Shown: positions 37,808-47,739, counted from the first letter of the stretch. The stretch: 64,000 nucleotides of DNA from an uncultured Woeseia sp. (GCA_964454905.1 CAYVTR010000005.1:6876-70875); one strand, 5' to 3'. Notes: generated by a model from the sequence alone, not told the origin. Made by a program: numbers and translations.

Positions 37808-38329
37808 ATGCCTAAAAACACAAATAATATTTTTTTAATTGGCCCTATGGGCTCAGGTAAAACTTCAGTAGCAAAACGACTCTCCGCAAAACTAAGCAAA
37901 GAGTTTGTTGATACGGATCTTGAAATATCCAATATAACCGGCGTTGATATTAATTATATTTTTGACATTGAGGGAGAGGCTGGCTTTAGAAAAAGAGAAG
38001 AAGCAATACTAAAAGAATGTGTTCTTAAAAATAACATGGTTTTATCAACAGGCGGAGGCATTGTTCTTTCAAGGAATAATCGGCACCTTTTAAAAACACA
38101 TGGGGTGGTTATATATTTAGAAACAAGCATTGATTCTCAAGAAAGCAGAACCTCATTAACCAACAAAAGACCACTATTAAAAAACACAGAACATAAAAAA
38201 ACCCTCCAAGAGTTGATGTTGACAAGAGGCTCACTCTATGAAGAAATAGCAGACATAATAATAAACACAGATAACAAATCACCTAACAAGGTAGCCACAG
38301 AGGCCTACTCAAAAATAAATGAATACTGA
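37808..38329 (+). CDS. aroK: shikimate kinase
   Basis: P-loop GPMGSGKTS. aroK-aroB order. Start taken at MPKNTNNIFLIG. Confidence 0.9.
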   Translation: MPKNTNNIFLIGPMGSGKTSVAKRLSAKLSKEFVDTDLEISNITGVDINYIFDIEGEAGFRKREEAILKECVLKNNMVLSTGGGIVLSRNNRHLLKTHGVVIYLETSIDSQESRTSLTNKRPLLKNTEHKKTLQELMLTRGSLYEEIADIIINTDNKSPNKVATEAYSKINEY

Positions 38330-39392
38330 AACAGTAAATTTAAATGATAGAAGTTACCCAATTTTTATAGGCAAAGGCGCTAGCCAAGAACCCGAAGCAT
38401 TAATTGATCGAGTTGAAGGGTCTGATGTAGCAATTATCAGTGATGAGGTGGTTACCCCCTTATATCTCGATCAACTGTTAGAAGGGTTGCCAGAAAAGAA
38501 TGTTATTACTTATATCCTTCCTAAGGGAGAGCAAGAAAAGAAGTTAAAAACTGTTCATAAGATTATAGACCAGCTGCTTCAGAATGGTTTTGGTAGAGAC
38601 GCCACATTAATCTCTTTGGGTGGAGGAGTTGTCTGCGACATAACCGGCTTTGTTGCTTCGGTTTTTATGCGAGGGGTTAGCGTTATACAAATACCCACAA
38701 CCTTGCTTGCACAGGTTGATGCCTCTGTTGGCGGCAAAACCGGAGTCAACCATAGCCTTGGAAAAAATCTTATTGGCTCCTTTTATCAGCCATCAACTGT
38801 TATTTGTGACACAGCCTTTTTGGCCAGCCTTAACCCAAAAGAAATGTCAGACGGGTTAGCTGAAATCATAAAATATGGCCTTATCTATGACCGTGATTTT
38901 TTTATTTGGTTGCAGTCCAATGTTTCTAATATTCTAGAGCAAGACAAGGCCTCATTGGGACACGCTGTGCAACGGTCTTGTCAAATAAAAGCTGAAATAG
39001 TTGCTCAAGATGAAAGAGAACAATCGGTCAGGGCTATCCTTAATTTTGGACACACTTTTGGGCACGCTATAGAAAACCAAACCGGTTATGACCAATGGAG
39101 TCATGGGCAAGCAATTGCAGCCGGCATGGTTCTTGCCTCTCAACTATCAGCTAAAATGTCATTAATCTCGGAGGAGGATGTTGAACTAGTTAAAGATATT
39201 TTATTAAAAGCAGGTTTACCAGTGGAGCCCCCAAAAATTAGCACACATGATTTTATTGACACCATGAAAGCAGACAAAAAAGTTAAAGACAGAGCGATCC
39301 AATTGGTGTTGTTAAAAGAGATTGGTAATGCGTTTTTAACAGCTGATTACTCCGAACAAGACCTTGAGGAAACACTAAGAGGAGCTGTGTAA
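38319..39392 (+). CDS. aroB: 3-dehydroquinate synthase
   Basis: 357 aa. GGGVVCDITGF, DASVGGKTGVN and FGHTFGHAIE motifs. Confidence 0.93.
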   Translation: MNTETVNLNDRSYPIFIGKGASQEPEALIDRVEGSDVAIISDEVVTPLYLDQLLEGLPEKNVITYILPKGEQEKKLKTVHKIIDQLLQNGFGRDATLISLGGGVVCDITGFVASVFMRGVSVIQIPTTLLAQVDASVGGKTGVNHSLGKNLIGSFYQPSTVICDTAFLASLNPKEMSDGLAEIIKYGLIYDRDFFIWLQSNVSNILEQDKASLGHAVQRSCQIKAEIVAQDEREQSVRAILNFGHTFGHAIENQTGYDQWSHGQAIAAGMVLASQLSAKMSLISEEDVELVKDILLKAGLPVEPPKISTHDFIDTMKADKKVKDRAIQLVLLKEIGNAFLTADYSEQDLEETLRGAV

Positions 39393-40090
39393 TGGTTGTT
39401 GATAATAAAGACCGCCTAATATTTGCTCTTGATGTCCCAGAGGTTGATCAAGCAAAACAATTAGTGAGTGAATTAGGGACTACAGTAAGTTTTTATAAAA
39501 TTGGTATGGAGCTCATGATGACAGGAAATTATTTTGATCTCCTGGACTGGTTGGTTGAAAAAGATAAAAATGTTTTTGTTGATTTAAAGTTGTTTGATGT
39601 TCCAGCAACAGTTTCTAAAGCAGTCAAACGCCTCAGCAAACGAGGCGCTTATTTTACAACAGTGCATGGCAACCAAAGCATGATGGAGGCCGCTGCAGCT
39701 GAAAAAGGCGACTTAAAAGTTCTAGCTGTTACGGCGCTTACTAGTCTTGATCAAGGTGATCTTAATGATATGGGGTTTACCTGTGATGTCCAAGAGTTGG
39801 TAATATCTAGAGCTAAAAGAGCCCTTAGCTCAGGGTGTGATGGTATCGTTGCGTCAGGCCTGGAGTTAGAACATATAAGAAACGAAGTTGATCAAAAACT
39901 TGTAATTGTTACCCCAGGCATTCGACCAGTGATTAATCGTCCCACAGACGATCAAAAACGAGTAGTAACTGTAGAACAGGCTTTTCAATGGGGTGCCGAC
40001 CATATTGTAGTCGGGCGTCCGATAAAGGATGCAGCCAACCCCAGAGAGGCGGCAGAGCTGATTCAGGAAAGTATTGCTAATTCCATTTAG
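39392..40090 (+). CDS. pyrF: orotidine-5'-phosphate decarboxylase
   Basis: 232 aa. FALDV, DLKLFDVP and VVGRPI motifs. TAATG junction with aroB. Confidence 0.9.
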   Translation: MVVDNKDRLIFALDVPEVDQAKQLVSELGTTVSFYKIGMELMMTGNYFDLLDWLVEKDKNVFVDLKLFDVPATVSKAVKRLSKRGAYFTTVHGNQSMMEAAAAEKGDLKVLAVTALTSLDQGDLNDMGFTCDVQELVISRAKRALSSGCDGIVASGLELEHIRNEVDQKLVIVTPGIRPVINRPTDDQKRVVTVEQAFQWGADHIVVGRPIKDAANPREAAELIQESIANSI

Positions 40091-40101
40091 AGCAACCTAG
40101 G

Positions 40102-40929
40102 TTAGTTTTCTTGTTCTATGATTTGATTGATTGAGGCTTCAAATACACCCAATCTTTTTTGAAATTTTGCCCTCTGTTTTTCATCAAGCGAGGCAATAAT
40201 TTCTGCGGTAATCTGGTTGATCAATATCCTTGTATTTTGATTTTCAGAGTTGAGTGAAATGATATGATTGACAAAGGTTTCTTCGAAGTCTTCATTTTGT
40301 CTTAAATTCAGTATGGCTATAAATTGTTGGTTCCATTGTAACCGCTCACTGATTAACTGCTCCCTAGTGTCTTTTATGCCTGAAGAAAGAATCCGCACGG
40401 TATTTATTTGCTCATTATTCAGTTTGACACCCATTAACCTAAAAAACCGCTTGAAACTTTTTGCCAAAGAACCTTGAAAATCCCCCTCTTCATTTTCTAG
40501 TTCCAACTTCCTTTCTTTCATCAGCCCATCAAAATATATTGCCATTTCTTCGACTTGTTTGTTTGTAATGGTTTTACAAAATTCAACTATACTAGGAACA
40601 AAGAAATCTCTACTGTTGTTGCTAAGCATTATGCCCTGTTGGTAAATACCATCAATGTCATCAACAGTTGTTGTGTTATCTAAAAATCTAAACTGTGAAA
40701 GTAGTTTTTTATATTTTGGTAACTCATTTTTAACATTCCAATACTTAAATTCTGATGTGGCCTTTCTAATATAGTCTTCTTGGGCGTTTGAAAAGTTTGC
40801 ATACTCTAAAAATTGATTGGCAATAAGTTGATCAATCCTCTCATACCACATCCCGCCCACAACAGAGCAAGCAGATAAATTAAAAAAGATTAAAACAAGG
40901 ATAATTTTTTTATAAGCTTGTCCAAACAT
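40102..40929 (-). CDS. hypothetical lipoprotein (possibly DUF6279-like)
   Basis: 275 aa. Signal peptide with lipobox NLSAC. Otherwise a helical, unassigned sequence. Starts 23 nt downstream of the tesA-like gene on the same strand. Confidence 0.6.
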   Translation of the reverse strand: MFGQAYKKIILVLIFFNLSACSVVGGMWYERIDQLIANQFLEYANFSNAQEDYIRKATSEFKYWNVKNELPKYKKLLSQFRFLDNTTTVDDIDGIYQQGIMLSNNSRDFFVPSIVEFCKTITNKQVEEMAIYFDGLMKERKLELENEEGDFQGSLAKSFKRFFRLMGVKLNNEQINTVRILSSGIKDTREQLISERLQWNQQFIAILNLRQNEDFEETFVNHIISLNSENQNTRILINQITAEIIASLDEKQRAKFQKRLGVFEASINQIIEQEN

Positions 40930-40952
40930 AGTTTTAACAATAGCGAGCTTAA

Positions 40953-41612
40953 TTATTTTTCCAAGTATTTATTAAGGCGTTCCCAGATAATGTTCTCAAT
41001 TTGTTTATGACCTAAAACATTGGGGTGTATCCCATCACTTTGCATCAAGCCCTCATTAACCATTTTCTTTAAGGTTCCTTGGATCAGGTTGAGGTTAAAT
41101 TCTTTTGCTAAACCGGAAAAAATATTCTCAAACTCGTTGGTGTAAACAGCTCCATAATTGGGTGGCAGCTGAACACCGATTAGTAGCACAGTAATGCCAC
41201 TGCTTTGTGCTGAATTAATCATACCCCTAAGATTTTTTTCAATGGCTTTTAATGAGGTGCCCCTTAATCCATCATTGCCACCAAGCTCCAAAATTAAAAT
41301 CTCAGGTTGATGGAGCTTGATTAGTTTAGGTAATCGAGATACTCCTCCAGAGGTAGTGTCACCACTTATTCCAGCATTAATGACTAAATAATTATAGCCA
41401 CCCTGGTTCAACCTACTTTGCAGAAGCAGCGGCCAAGATTGTTGGTAATCAACCCCTAGTCCCGCACTAAGACTGTCCCCCAGAACAAGTATTTTTTTAT
41501 TTATGCTTGTTGCTTCAGAAGCAGAGGTTGCTGTTGTGATAACTGTGAGTAAAATAGCAACAAAGAACCAAGAGCGCTTTGTGAAAGAATCAATTTTAGA
41601 AGTCCAAAACAT
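40953..41612 (-). CDS. tesA: SGNH/GDSL arylesterase-thioesterase (TesA-like), secreted
   Basis: SGNH blocks GDSLSAG, GGNDG and DGIHPN, plus a signal peptide. Start taken at the ATG at 41612. The tracked ORF (to 41840) is an unstopped antisense extension into ybbA. Confidence 0.85.
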   Translation of the reverse strand: MFWTSKIDSFTKRSWFFVAILLTVITTATSASEATSINKKILVLGDSLSAGLGVDYQQSWPLLLQSRLNQGGYNYLVINAGISGDTTSGGVSRLPKLIKLHQPEILILELGGNDGLRGTSLKAIEKNLRGMINSAQSSGITVLLIGVQLPPNYGAVYTNEFENIFSGLAKEFNLNLIQGTLKKMVNEGLMQSDGIHPNVLGHKQIENIIWERLNKYLEK

Positions 41613-42249
41613 AACTAAAGAAGTTAACAGCCCAGAAGGGGTGTTGACAATACTTAAAGATATCAGCTTAACAATTAATCCTGGTGATGTGACCTCTATT
41701 GTTGGCCCATCTGGGTCTGGAAAAACGACATTGTTGGCGATTATGGCAGGACTGGACTTGCCAACCATAGGCACAATCAATCTCCTTGGTGAAGAGATCA
41801 CTATAATGAACGAAGACCGCAGAGCACAAGTTAGAAGCAAGGATGTTGGTTTTGTGTTTCAATCATTTCATCTGCTGCCCAGGCTCTCTGCTTTAGACAA
41901 TATAATGTTGCCATTGGAGATCTTGGGCGACAATCAAGCAAGAGAAAAATCAATGAGCGCGCTCTCACAAATGGGTCTAGAGAAACGCGCTCTCCATCTT
42001 CCCAACCAACTATCTGGGGGTGAAAAACAAAGGGTGGCTATAGCCAGAGCTATGGTTAAAGAGCCAACCATATTATTTGCAGATGAACCAACAGGAAATC
42101 TCGACAAGAACAGCACAGCGAAAATTAGTGATTTGCTGCTTGATATTAACCGTTCTTTTGGCACCACTATTGTGATTGTAACGCACGACTTATCCTTAGC
42201 TGAGAAAGGGAAAAACATGCATGAGCTCAACGAAGGTGAGTTAGTATGA
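41581..42249 (+). CDS. ybbA: ABC transporter ATP-binding protein (YbbA/LolD-MacB class)
   Basis: Walker A GPSGSGKTT, signature LSGGEKQRVAIARA, Walker B ILFADEPTGNLD. GTG start at 41581 chosen by alignment with the E. coli YbbA N-terminus; an in-frame ATG at 41503 is also possible. Confidence 0.85.
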   Translation: MKESILEVQNITKEVNSPEGVLTILKDISLTINPGDVTSIVGPSGSGKTTLLAIMAGLDLPTIGTINLLGEEITIMNEDRRAQVRSKDVGFVFQSFHLLPRLSALDNIMLPLEILGDNQAREKSMSALSQMGLEKRALHLPNQLSGGEKQRVAIARAMVKEPTILFADEPTGNLDKNSTAKISDLLLDINRSFGTTIVIVTHDLSLAEKGKNMHELNEGELV

Positions 42250-44714
42250 TCAATGGCTTTTTTTATGGCTTAAGAAAGTTTTGGTTTGATTTAACAAGTG
42301 GCGACCTAGTCATTCTCTTTGCTTCAATGGTTTTGGCGGTAACAGCGATCTCTGGAGTAAGTTTTTTAGGCGATCGTTTACAATCATCAATTAAGCAACA
42401 GGCCTCTGTGGTCTTGGCAGCTGATGCCACATTGCGATCAACCTCACCATTACCTCAAACCTATCTAAAAAAAGCAGAAGACCAAGGGCTGAAAACAGCC
42501 GAAACAATTTCTTTTTTAAGTATGGCATTGGCAAATGACAATAATTTATTGTCATCAATTAAAGCCACCACTAGCAACTATCCTTTAAGGGGTGAGTTGA
42601 CACTCACTGACTTTAATCAACAACAACTTAGTTTCGAGACCGGGGTTCCAAAACCAGGTTATGTATGGGTTGAGCCCCAACTGGTTGAGGAATTCAATCT
42701 CGAACAAAACAGTGAATTGATCATTGGTAACGCTAGCTTTGTTGTCGAAGCTATATTGACAAATTTCCCAGATCGCAACGTCGGGTTTTTAGCGTTCTCT
42801 CCGACCATCATTGTGAACATGGACGACCTTGAAAAAATGCAGGTTATTCAAACAGGGAGCAGGGTGACCTATCGACAATTGTTCTCAGGCACAGATAACA
42901 ACATTTATTCCTTTATAGATTCATTAGAGACTCTAGATGAGGAGGTCAGGGTACAAAGAATTGATGATTTTGGTGATCAGCTGGGTAGAACCATCGATCG
43001 ATCAACACGTTTTTTTAATATGGCCGGATTGTTCACTATTTTAATCGCGGCAATTTCCTCAATGATAGCCGCTCGTCGATACGCAACCAGACACTTGCTC
43101 AACACCACCCTAATGAAAGTGTTTGGCGCCTCAAAAAATTTTATTCTCTCTTCTCAAATTAGCCAACTGTTCCTTATGATTGTTTTAGCAACTTCAGTTG
43201 GGCTGCTTTTTGGTTATCTTCTCCAATCTGTCCTCATAACTGTTCTCAGCGACCTTATTGCTAATGATCTGCCTCCCCCTTCATTAAAACCAGTCTGGAT
43301 AGGGTTGTTAACTTCGTTTAGCTTAGTCTTTGCAGCTACAACCCCGTATTTGAAATTATTGGGTCAAGCAGAACCAATTCGTATTCTTAGAAATGATTTT
43401 GCCTTTGATTTCGAAACAAATATTGGAATTTATAGTTTGGCTGGCATCACTTTAACAGTGTTTTTGTTGATCTTGCTCGAGGACATTGTTTTGGTGATCA
43501 GTATTTTGGGCGGCATGATCATTTTGATAGCAGTGCTTTCATTATTAGGGTATTCGATTGTCTGGGTGTTATCGAAATACATTGATTTATCAGGCAGTGG
43601 CTGGCGATTAGGATTAAAAAACATTTCAAGACGAAGAAACGAAAGTGTTCTCCAAATCGTGGTCTTCGGGTTGTCACTAACTTTCCTGATGGCATTAACT
43701 GAGACTCGCACGGACTTAATTGAGTCTTGGAAGGAGACACTCAGAGAAGACACACCCAATTATTTCTTTTTCAATATTCAGGATTATCAAACAGAAGACA
43801 TCCGCTCTTTTTTTGATGGCCGATTGAGCCAACCTATAAAATTTACCCCATTGATCCGAGGACGCCTGCTTGATGTTGTCTCTTCCAATGGCGAGCCTGT
43901 CAATGCTGAAAGCATGGTCGAGCGAGAGACTAACCTGACTTGGTTTAATGCTCTGCCTGAAAATAATTTGGTGCTTGAGGGCGAGTGGTGGTCAGAAGGT
44001 GATCCTATGCCTTCTGTGTCAATCGACAAAGGTATTGCAACGTCGATGAATCTTGCGCTTGGTGACCGTTTAATTTTTACTGCAGGAGGCACTAATTTTG
44101 AGGCAACCGTAACAAGCTTTAGGGAAGTGCAATGGGAAAGCTTTGCCCCTAACTTTTTTTTTATCCTGTCCCCCAATTTAGGTAAAGATTTACCTCAATC
44201 ATTTATCACGAGTCTCAATATCCCCCCTGATTCTAGAATTGCAGATGATTTTATACAACGCTTTCCAACAGTCACCAGCGTTGATTTAGAGGCAGCACTT
44301 GGGCAAATTCGATCCATCGTCAACAGTGCATCACTTGCGGTTCAGGCTATATTTGTACTCTCGCTTTTTGCAGGTATTCTCACCTTGGTGGCTGCTATTT
44401 TTTCAAGCGTTGACCAACGCAAAAAAGAAACCGCAGTTATGCACACCATCGGGGCAACACGAAGAACAATATTTGCCGCTGTCGCGGCTGAGTTTTTGGG
44501 TTTGGGTGTTCTGTCAGGGTTGACCGCAGTGCTGGCAGCAATGATATTTTCAGGATTTTTAACAACACAGATCTTTGAGTTAAGTTATACGCCCAACCTA
44601 CCCATCTTTTTTGTTGGGTTTGCACTTGGAGTCAGCTCAATTGCTATTGCTGGCATGTTGGCGGTGAGGCAAGCCATATACAGCCCAGCTATTCTGACAC
44701 TGAGAAATTATTGA
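42246..44714 (+). CDS. ybbP: FtsX-family ABC transporter permease, duplicated (YbbP-like)
   Basis: 822 aa. Two FtsX-type 4-TM modules, each preceded by a large periplasmic domain. ATGA overlap with ybbA. tesA/ybbA-ybbP arrangement as in E. coli. Confidence 0.85.
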   Translation: MINGFFYGLRKFWFDLTSGDLVILFASMVLAVTAISGVSFLGDRLQSSIKQQASVVLAADATLRSTSPLPQTYLKKAEDQGLKTAETISFLSMALANDNNLLSSIKATTSNYPLRGELTLTDFNQQQLSFETGVPKPGYVWVEPQLVEEFNLEQNSELIIGNASFVVEAILTNFPDRNVGFLAFSPTIIVNMDDLEKMQVIQTGSRVTYRQLFSGTDNNIYSFIDSLETLDEEVRVQRIDDFGDQLGRTIDRSTRFFNMAGLFTILIAAISSMIAARRYATRHLLNTTLMKVFGASKNFILSSQISQLFLMIVLATSVGLLFGYLLQSVLITVLSDLIANDLPPPSLKPVWIGLLTSFSLVFAATTPYLKLLGQAEPIRILRNDFAFDFETNIGIYSLAGITLTVFLLILLEDIVLVISILGGMIILIAVLSLLGYSIVWVLSKYIDLSGSGWRLGLKNISRRRNESVLQIVVFGLSLTFLMALTETRTDLIESWKETLREDTPNYFFFNIQDYQTEDIRSFFDGRLSQPIKFTPLIRGRLLDVVSSNGEPVNAESMVERETNLTWFNALPENNLVLEGEWWSEGDPMPSVSIDKGIATSMNLALGDRLIFTAGGTNFEATVTSFREVQWESFAPNFFFILSPNLGKDLPQSFITSLNIPPDSRIADDFIQRFPTVTSVDLEAALGQIRSIVNSASLAVQAIFVLSLFAGILTLVAAIFSSVDQRKKETAVMHTIGATRRTIFAAVAAEFLGLGVLSGLTAVLAAMIFSGFLTTQIFELSYTPNLPIFFVGFALGVSSIAIAGMLAVRQAIYSPAILTLRNY

Positions 44715-44743
44715 TCGGTTGCTTCAAGCACCCTTATGGCCGC

Positions 44744-45712
44744 TTAGTTGTTGACTACATTGATGGGCCTGTTGTTTTGAAACGCTTCAATATTTTCAGC
44801 GATTCGGTCCAAGGCTCGTTGTCGAGCCTCTCGAGCTGCCCAGGCAATGTGAGGGGTGATAATCAAATTGGAGTATTGTTTTTGCATTAGCGGGTGGTCT
44901 GAATCCGGAGGCTCTTGATCGAGCACATCAATAGCGGCCCCAGCGATCGCTTTATCTTCAATGGCTTTAATTAAAGCATGGTCATTAATCAACCCTCCTC
45001 TTGCAGTATTGATTAAAATGGCTGATGACTTCATTTTTTTAAATGCAGTTTCATCAAATAACCCTTCAGTGTTATCCGTTAATGGGCAGTGCAGGCTGAT
45101 AATGTCTGATTCAGCTAACAAGGTATCAAAGGGAACACGGGCAATACCTTCATCCGGTTTATTGTTTTCAGCAAAACTCTCGCTGATCAAGACTCTTAAC
45201 CCTAATGTCCTAGCTGCTCTAGCTACACCTTGTCCTAACACCCCATAACCGATAATCCCGAGGGATTTACCTGAGAGTTCAGTAATAGGGTGTTGCAGCA
45301 AACTAAATGAATTGCCTTCTTGCCAGTCTCCGTTGTCCATCGAAGCACTGTAATCTCTAGATGAATGCTTTAATGTTAGCATTGAAAGCAACACGTGCTG
45401 AACCACTGAATCAGTGCAATAGTCCTTAATATTACAGACCACAACCCCCGATTGTTTTGCTGCCTCTAGATCAATATTATTAGTTCCTGTAGCGGTAACA
45501 CAAATCAATTTAAGCTTGGTTGCTCGAGCAAACACATTGGCATCAAAGACCACTTTATTAGCGATAGCCACTTCAACGTCTTCAATTCGACTAAGCACTT
45601 CTTCCTGGTTTGAAAAAGAATGAACCACAATCTCAGGCAACAAGGCTTCGATTGAGCCAAGATCCAAGTCATTGGCGTCCACGGTTTTGTAGTCTAAAAA
45701 AACAGCATGCAT
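44744..45712 (-). CDS. D-isomer-specific 2-hydroxyacid dehydrogenase (glycerate dehydrogenase-like)
   Basis: GIIGYGVLGQGVA Rossmann motif, ARGGLI and TPHIAWA motifs. Start at MHAVFLDY (45712). Confidence 0.85.
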   Translation of the reverse strand: MHAVFLDYKTVDANDLDLGSIEALLPEIVVHSFSNQEEVLSRIEDVEVAIANKVVFDANVFARATKLKLICVTATGTNNIDLEAAKQSGVVVCNIKDYCTDSVVQHVLLSMLTLKHSSRDYSASMDNGDWQEGNSFSLLQHPITELSGKSLGIIGYGVLGQGVARAARTLGLRVLISESFAENNKPDEGIARVPFDTLLAESDIISLHCPLTDNTEGLFDETAFKKMKSSAILINTARGGLINDHALIKAIEDKAIAGAAIDVLDQEPPDSDHPLMQKQYSNLIITPHIAWAAREARQRALDRIAENIEAFQNNRPINVVNN

Positions 45713-45749
45713 GTATAATCCTTTTAAGTATGAAAACATTTTACCAACA

Positions 45750-47570
45750 ATGATGCCAGATTTGCCGAGCATTCATGCTTTGATGATTATGGGCCTTACA
45801 GTGGTAGGCCTTTACATGTTTTCTCGTGATTGGATACCTATCGAGACCACAGGCTTGGCCATTCTAGCAACCATCGTGAGTCTGTTTTTTATATTTCCCT
45901 ACAGCTTCAATGGCAACCCAATCAATCCCATTACTTTTTTTATTGGCAGTTTTGGTAACGAAGCGCTGATTACTATTTGTTTATTGCTTGCTATAGGAAA
46001 AGCCATAGAAGTTAACGGCTCGTTACAACCTTTAATTGGTTTTTTGTCGAGATCATGGCTCAGTTACCCAAAATTCTCGTTTTTGGCAGTTCTGCTTTTT
46101 GGAGCATTTTTTAGTGCATTTATTAACAACACACCGATTGTGGTGATGCTAATTCCCGCTTTAATTGCGGTTAGCAAAAAAGCTGAGATTAGTTCCTCTA
46201 AGGTGCTTATGCCAATGGGCATGGCGACCTTGCTTGGGGGGATGGCGACTACAATTGGTACATCAACCAACTTATTGGTTGTGGGCATTGCCAATGACAT
46301 GGGATTGGAACAGATTCAACTTTTCGATTTTGCTCTCCCAGCGTTGATTGCTGGATCTATTGGGATGATTTTTTTGTGGTTGGTTGCACCGCGCTTGCTT
46401 CCGGATGACCCCCCGCGTTCGACAAAAGAGTCAACACGAATATTTGAGGCGGCTCTTAATGTAAATGAAGGTGAATTTAGCGACGGCAAATCTTTGTCTG
46501 AAATTCAGGAGAAAGCAGGAAGTAATTTTAATATCGATAAAATTAAACGTTCAGATAGCCTGTTTGTTGCAAAAATACCTTCTGTTATTTTTGAGTCAGG
46601 AGATAGAATCTATGTCAGAGATACCTTAGAAAACCTACAAGAGTATCAGGGGTTATTAGGGTTAAGCCTCTTTGAAGGTGAGATTGATGAAGAGGTGGAA
46701 ACAGAGACTGGCTCGAAAACTGAATTGGCTGAAGTGGTGATCACGTCGGGTTCTATGTTGGATCATGTTAGCTTGAATGCACAACAGTTTTCGTCCCGCT
46801 TTAATTTATTACCAATTGCAGTGCACAGTGGGTCCACAGGCATAGAGTTAAAGGGCGAAATAGCCGCTAAAACACTTACCCCTGGCGACGTGGTTTTAGT
46901 GCAAGGCAGTCTTGAGGCCATTGAGAACTTAAAAGCCAACTCAAAACTGCTGGTGATTGAAAATGAAAACTTGGATCTTGGTGCTAAGCGTTCATTTATG
47001 CCGCTATATATTATGCTTTCTGTTGTAGCTTTAGCAGCCTCTGGTTTGTTACCTATATCAATAGCAGCAATGCTGGGGTTAATTGGTATGTTGGTGTTTC
47101 GTCTAATGAAGTGGAGCGATGTCGGCAATGCAATGAATATCCCGATTATTATGTTGATTGTCGCTAGCTTAAGTTTAGGGAATGCTCTTGAGGTCACAGG
47201 AGGGTCTGATTTCTTAGCTGAGTTTTTTGTCTATTTGACCAGCTCAATGTCAATCGCTTTGGTTCTAAGCACATTAATGCTGGTTATGGCATTGTTAACA
47301 AATGTTGTCTCGAATAATGCCGCTGCTGTTATTGGAACACCAATAGCAATCAGTATTGCCCAGCAACTTGGGGCCCCACCGGAGCCGTTTGTGTTAGCGG
47401 TTTTATTTGGTGCAAATATGAGCTTTGTGACCCCAATTGGTTACCAAACCAACCTTTTAATTATGGGTGCCGGGGGGTATAAATTTAATGATTTTATTAA
47501 AATCGGTTTACCCTTGGCTTTTATTATGTGGGTGGCGTTTTCCATTATTTTGCCTGTCCTCTATTTGTAG
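45750..47570 (+). CDS. SLC13/DASS-type anion permease with two central TrkA-C (RCK_C) domains
   Basis: Polytopic halves flank about 200 aa containing two RCK_C-like repeats (…GDRIYVRD… and …GDVVLVQGS…). The start is ambiguous: ATG at 45711 or MMPDL at 45750. Confidence 0.75.
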   Translation: MMPDLPSIHALMIMGLTVVGLYMFSRDWIPIETTGLAILATIVSLFFIFPYSFNGNPINPITFFIGSFGNEALITICLLLAIGKAIEVNGSLQPLIGFLSRSWLSYPKFSFLAVLLFGAFFSAFINNTPIVVMLIPALIAVSKKAEISSSKVLMPMGMATLLGGMATTIGTSTNLLVVGIANDMGLEQIQLFDFALPALIAGSIGMIFLWLVAPRLLPDDPPRSTKESTRIFEAALNVNEGEFSDGKSLSEIQEKAGSNFNIDKIKRSDSLFVAKIPSVIFESGDRIYVRDTLENLQEYQGLLGLSLFEGEIDEEVETETGSKTELAEVVITSGSMLDHVSLNAQQFSSRFNLLPIAVHSGSTGIELKGEIAAKTLTPGDVVLVQGSLEAIENLKANSKLLVIENENLDLGAKRSFMPLYIMLSVVALAASGLLPISIAAMLGLIGMLVFRLMKWSDVGNAMNIPIIMLIVASLSLGNALEVTGGSDFLAEFFVYLTSSMSIALVLSTLMLVMALLTNVVSNNAAAVIGTPIAISIAQQLGAPPEPFVLAVLFGANMSFVTPIGYQTNLLIMGAGGYKFNDFIKIGLPLAFIMWVAFSIILPVLYL

Positions 47571-47652
47571 TTTATACAACCCTCCGCATAACATTAGTTA
47601 CCTATCTTTCTTCTTGACCATTGCTTGTGAACAGGAGATACTTTGCCAACGT

Positions 47653-47700
47653 ATGATTAAGTTGGAATTAAATTTAGGCAATTGGTGGCTTCTCTCTTAG
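47653..47700 (+). CDS. trpL: trp operon leader peptide MIKLELNLGNWWLLS
   Basis: 15-codon ORF with tandem Trp codons TGGTGG (47683-47688), about 40 nt upstream of a terminator hairpin and directly upstream of trpE. Confidence 0.75.
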   Translation: MIKLELNLGNWWLLS

Positions 47701-47739
47701 GAGAGGGCTAGACCTGTCTGGTTTAATTTATAAGGTTCA

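Noticed and set aside
41613-41840. Extra 76 N-terminal residues of the tracked tesA ORF.
   Set aside because: This is the antisense of the ybbA Walker-A region. The ATG at 41612 yields a proper signal peptide followed by the GDSL block.
47614-47642. Possible trp promoter TTGACC-17-GATACT.
   Set aside because: It would place the transcription start only a few nt before the leader ATG and would contain the only SD-like AGGAG. The geometry is inconsistent, so I did not list it as a feature. The true promoter may lie within the 3' end of the upstream permease gene.
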